Shown here: positions 62,843 through 64,000 of the stretch, piece by piece | Position numbering within the stretch: the stretch's first letter is position 1 | How the letters are laid out: each line of letters starts with the position of its first letter | DNA from: an uncultured delta proteobacterium | GTDB taxonomy: Bacteria > Desulfobacterota > Desulfobacteria > Desulfobacterales > UBA2156 | Length of the DNA stretch: 64,000 nucleotides | Direction: 5' to 3' | NCBI GenBank assembly: GCA_963736855.1 | Contig: CAVTQK010000009.1 | Span: 576,001 to 640,000 of the forward strand | Program-made: the position numbers and the translations under genes | Notes under the pieces: model-generated | Told to the model about the DNA's origin: nothing | Database searches by the model: none | The model's input: the letters and a program-made list of their open reading frames with translations, nothing else

Positions 62843-64000
62843 TTATCTCCTGAAAGCATCCGTGACGGCCCGGGCAAACCCTGAGCAGGAAAGTTCCACG
62901 GCCCCTTCCATCTGTCGAGCCAGGTCGTAGGTAACCCGTTTTTGTGAAATGGCGCTGCTGAGTCCTTCTCGGACAAGATCTCCGGCCTCCTTCCATCCCA
63001 TGTAATCGAACATGAGAGCCCCAGACAGGATTAGAGACCCCGGGTTCACCTTGTCGAGCCCGGCGTATTTCGGGGCAGTACCATGGGTGGCTTCAAATAC
63101 CGCGTATCCGTCCCCGATATTGGCCCCAGGCGCCATCCCGAGCCCTCCCACCATGGCAGCCAGTGCGTCGGACATATAGTCCCCATTCAGGTTCGGCATG
63201 GCCAGGACATCGTACTCGTCGGGGCGAAGCAGAATATGTTGAAACATGGCGTCTGCAATCCGGTCCTTGATGATGACTTTTCCCTCTGGGAGCCTTTGTT
63301 CTTGTTTATCCGACAGGTCTTCTTCCGTTACCGTCACATCGGCGAATTTTTCGCGTGCCAATTCGTATCCCCAGTTGCGAAAGGCCCCCTCGGTGAATTT
63401 CATGATGTTTCCCTTGTGAACGAGGGTTACACTGCGTCGTCCATGCTTAAGGGCATATTGAATCGCCATACCCACCAAACGGCGCGTTCCGAAACGGCTC
63501 ATGGGTTTAAGCCCTATCCCTGAGCCTGGACGGATTTTCTTTCCCGTCTCCTCTTGAACGAGGGCGATAATTTTTTTAGCAATCGCCGAATCAGCCTCCC
63601 ATTCCAACCCGGTATAAACATCTTCGGTATTTTCCCGGAATACGACCATATCCACCTTTTCCGGATGACGCATGGGGCTGGGCACCCCCGGGATGTATTT
63701 TACCGGCCGGATGCATGCGAAAAGGTCCAACTCCTGGCGCAGGGCCACGTTGACACTGCGGATCCCCTTTCCAACAGGAGTTGTCAGAGGCCCCTTAATG
63801 GCGATACCATGTTCCCGTATGCTCTGAAGCGTCTCATCCGGAAGGAAACTTCCGGACTCCCGGAAGGCCTTTTCACCTGCCAGTACCTCTTTCCAGCGAA
63901 TACCCCGTTTTCCTTTATAAACATGGTCCACGGCTGAATCCAGAACCATACGGGTGGCCTTCCAGATATCCGGACCGGTGCCGTCCCCTTCGATATACGG
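62843..64000 (-). CDS. icd: NADP-dependent isocitrate dehydrogenase (5' end beyond the window)
   Basis: [62 protein letters not shown]. Confidence 0.97.
   Translation of the reverse strand, partial: PYIEGDGTGPDIWKATRMVLDSAVDHVYKGKRGIRWKEVLAGEKAFRESGSFLPDETLQSIREHGIAIKGPLTTPVGKGIRSVNVALRQELDLFACIRPVKYIPGVPSPMRHPEKVDMVVFRENTEDVYTGLEWEADSAIAKKIIALVQEETGKKIRPGSGIGLKPMSRFGTRRLVGMAIQYALKHGRRSVTLVHKGNIMKFTEGAFRNWGYELAREKFADVTVTEEDLSDKQEQRLPEGKVIIKDRIADAMFQHILLRPDEYDVLAMPNLNGDYMSDALAAMVGGLGMAPGANIGDGYAVFEATHGTAPKYAGLDKVNPGSLILSGALMFDYMGWKEAGDLVREGLSSAISQKRVTYDLARQMEGAVELSCSGFARAVTDAFRR

Noticed and set aside
1..64000. CRISPR array, tRNA, rRNA, integrase or transposase genes
   Set aside because: No regularly spaced repeats, cloverleaf-like sequences or recombinase/transposase motifs seen by eye

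Overview
Chromosomal window from an anaerobic Desulfobacterota (deltaproteobacterial)-type organism, dominated by energy-metabolism genes. Left to right: (1) [NiFe]-hydrogenase maturation genes (protease, hypC, hypF, hypD) and an alpha/beta hydrolase; (2) a ~14 kb block bracketed by a diverged ~200-bp direct repeat of the hydrolase 3' end, carrying a 2-oxoacid:ferredoxin oxidoreductase operon joined to three heterodisulfide-reductase-like fusion genes (GltD/HdrA 'HdrL-like', MvhD-HdrC/D, and a selenocysteine HdrA-MvhD with a SECIS-like hairpin), a HAMP-GGDEF/lipoprotein pair and an XcyI-like restriction-enzyme relic; (3) a partly decayed lactate-oxidation cluster; (4) PAS-GGDEF, lepB, CGGC and cNMP-binding proteins; (5) a NuoEFG/HydABC-like module with no catalytic subunit, converging on a run of Na+-translocating acyl-CoA decarboxylase, a second 2-oxoacid oxidoreductase and GltD-like genes; (6) MFS, SWIB, a group IIC intron relic and a KamA-like radical SAM gene; (7) housekeeping genes miaA, asparaginase, asnS, apt, mtnP, selB, DUF2333, hemW, korDABC, acnA, icd. 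Two GC-richer blocks (about 4.9-15.1 kb and 39.5-43.6 kb) are full of single-base frameshifts without nonsense codons, which looks more like an assembly/polishing artefact than real decay. Three copies of a ~155-bp MITE-like element are present. No rRNA, tRNA or CRISPR array was seen. All family assignments come from motif recognition, not database searches.
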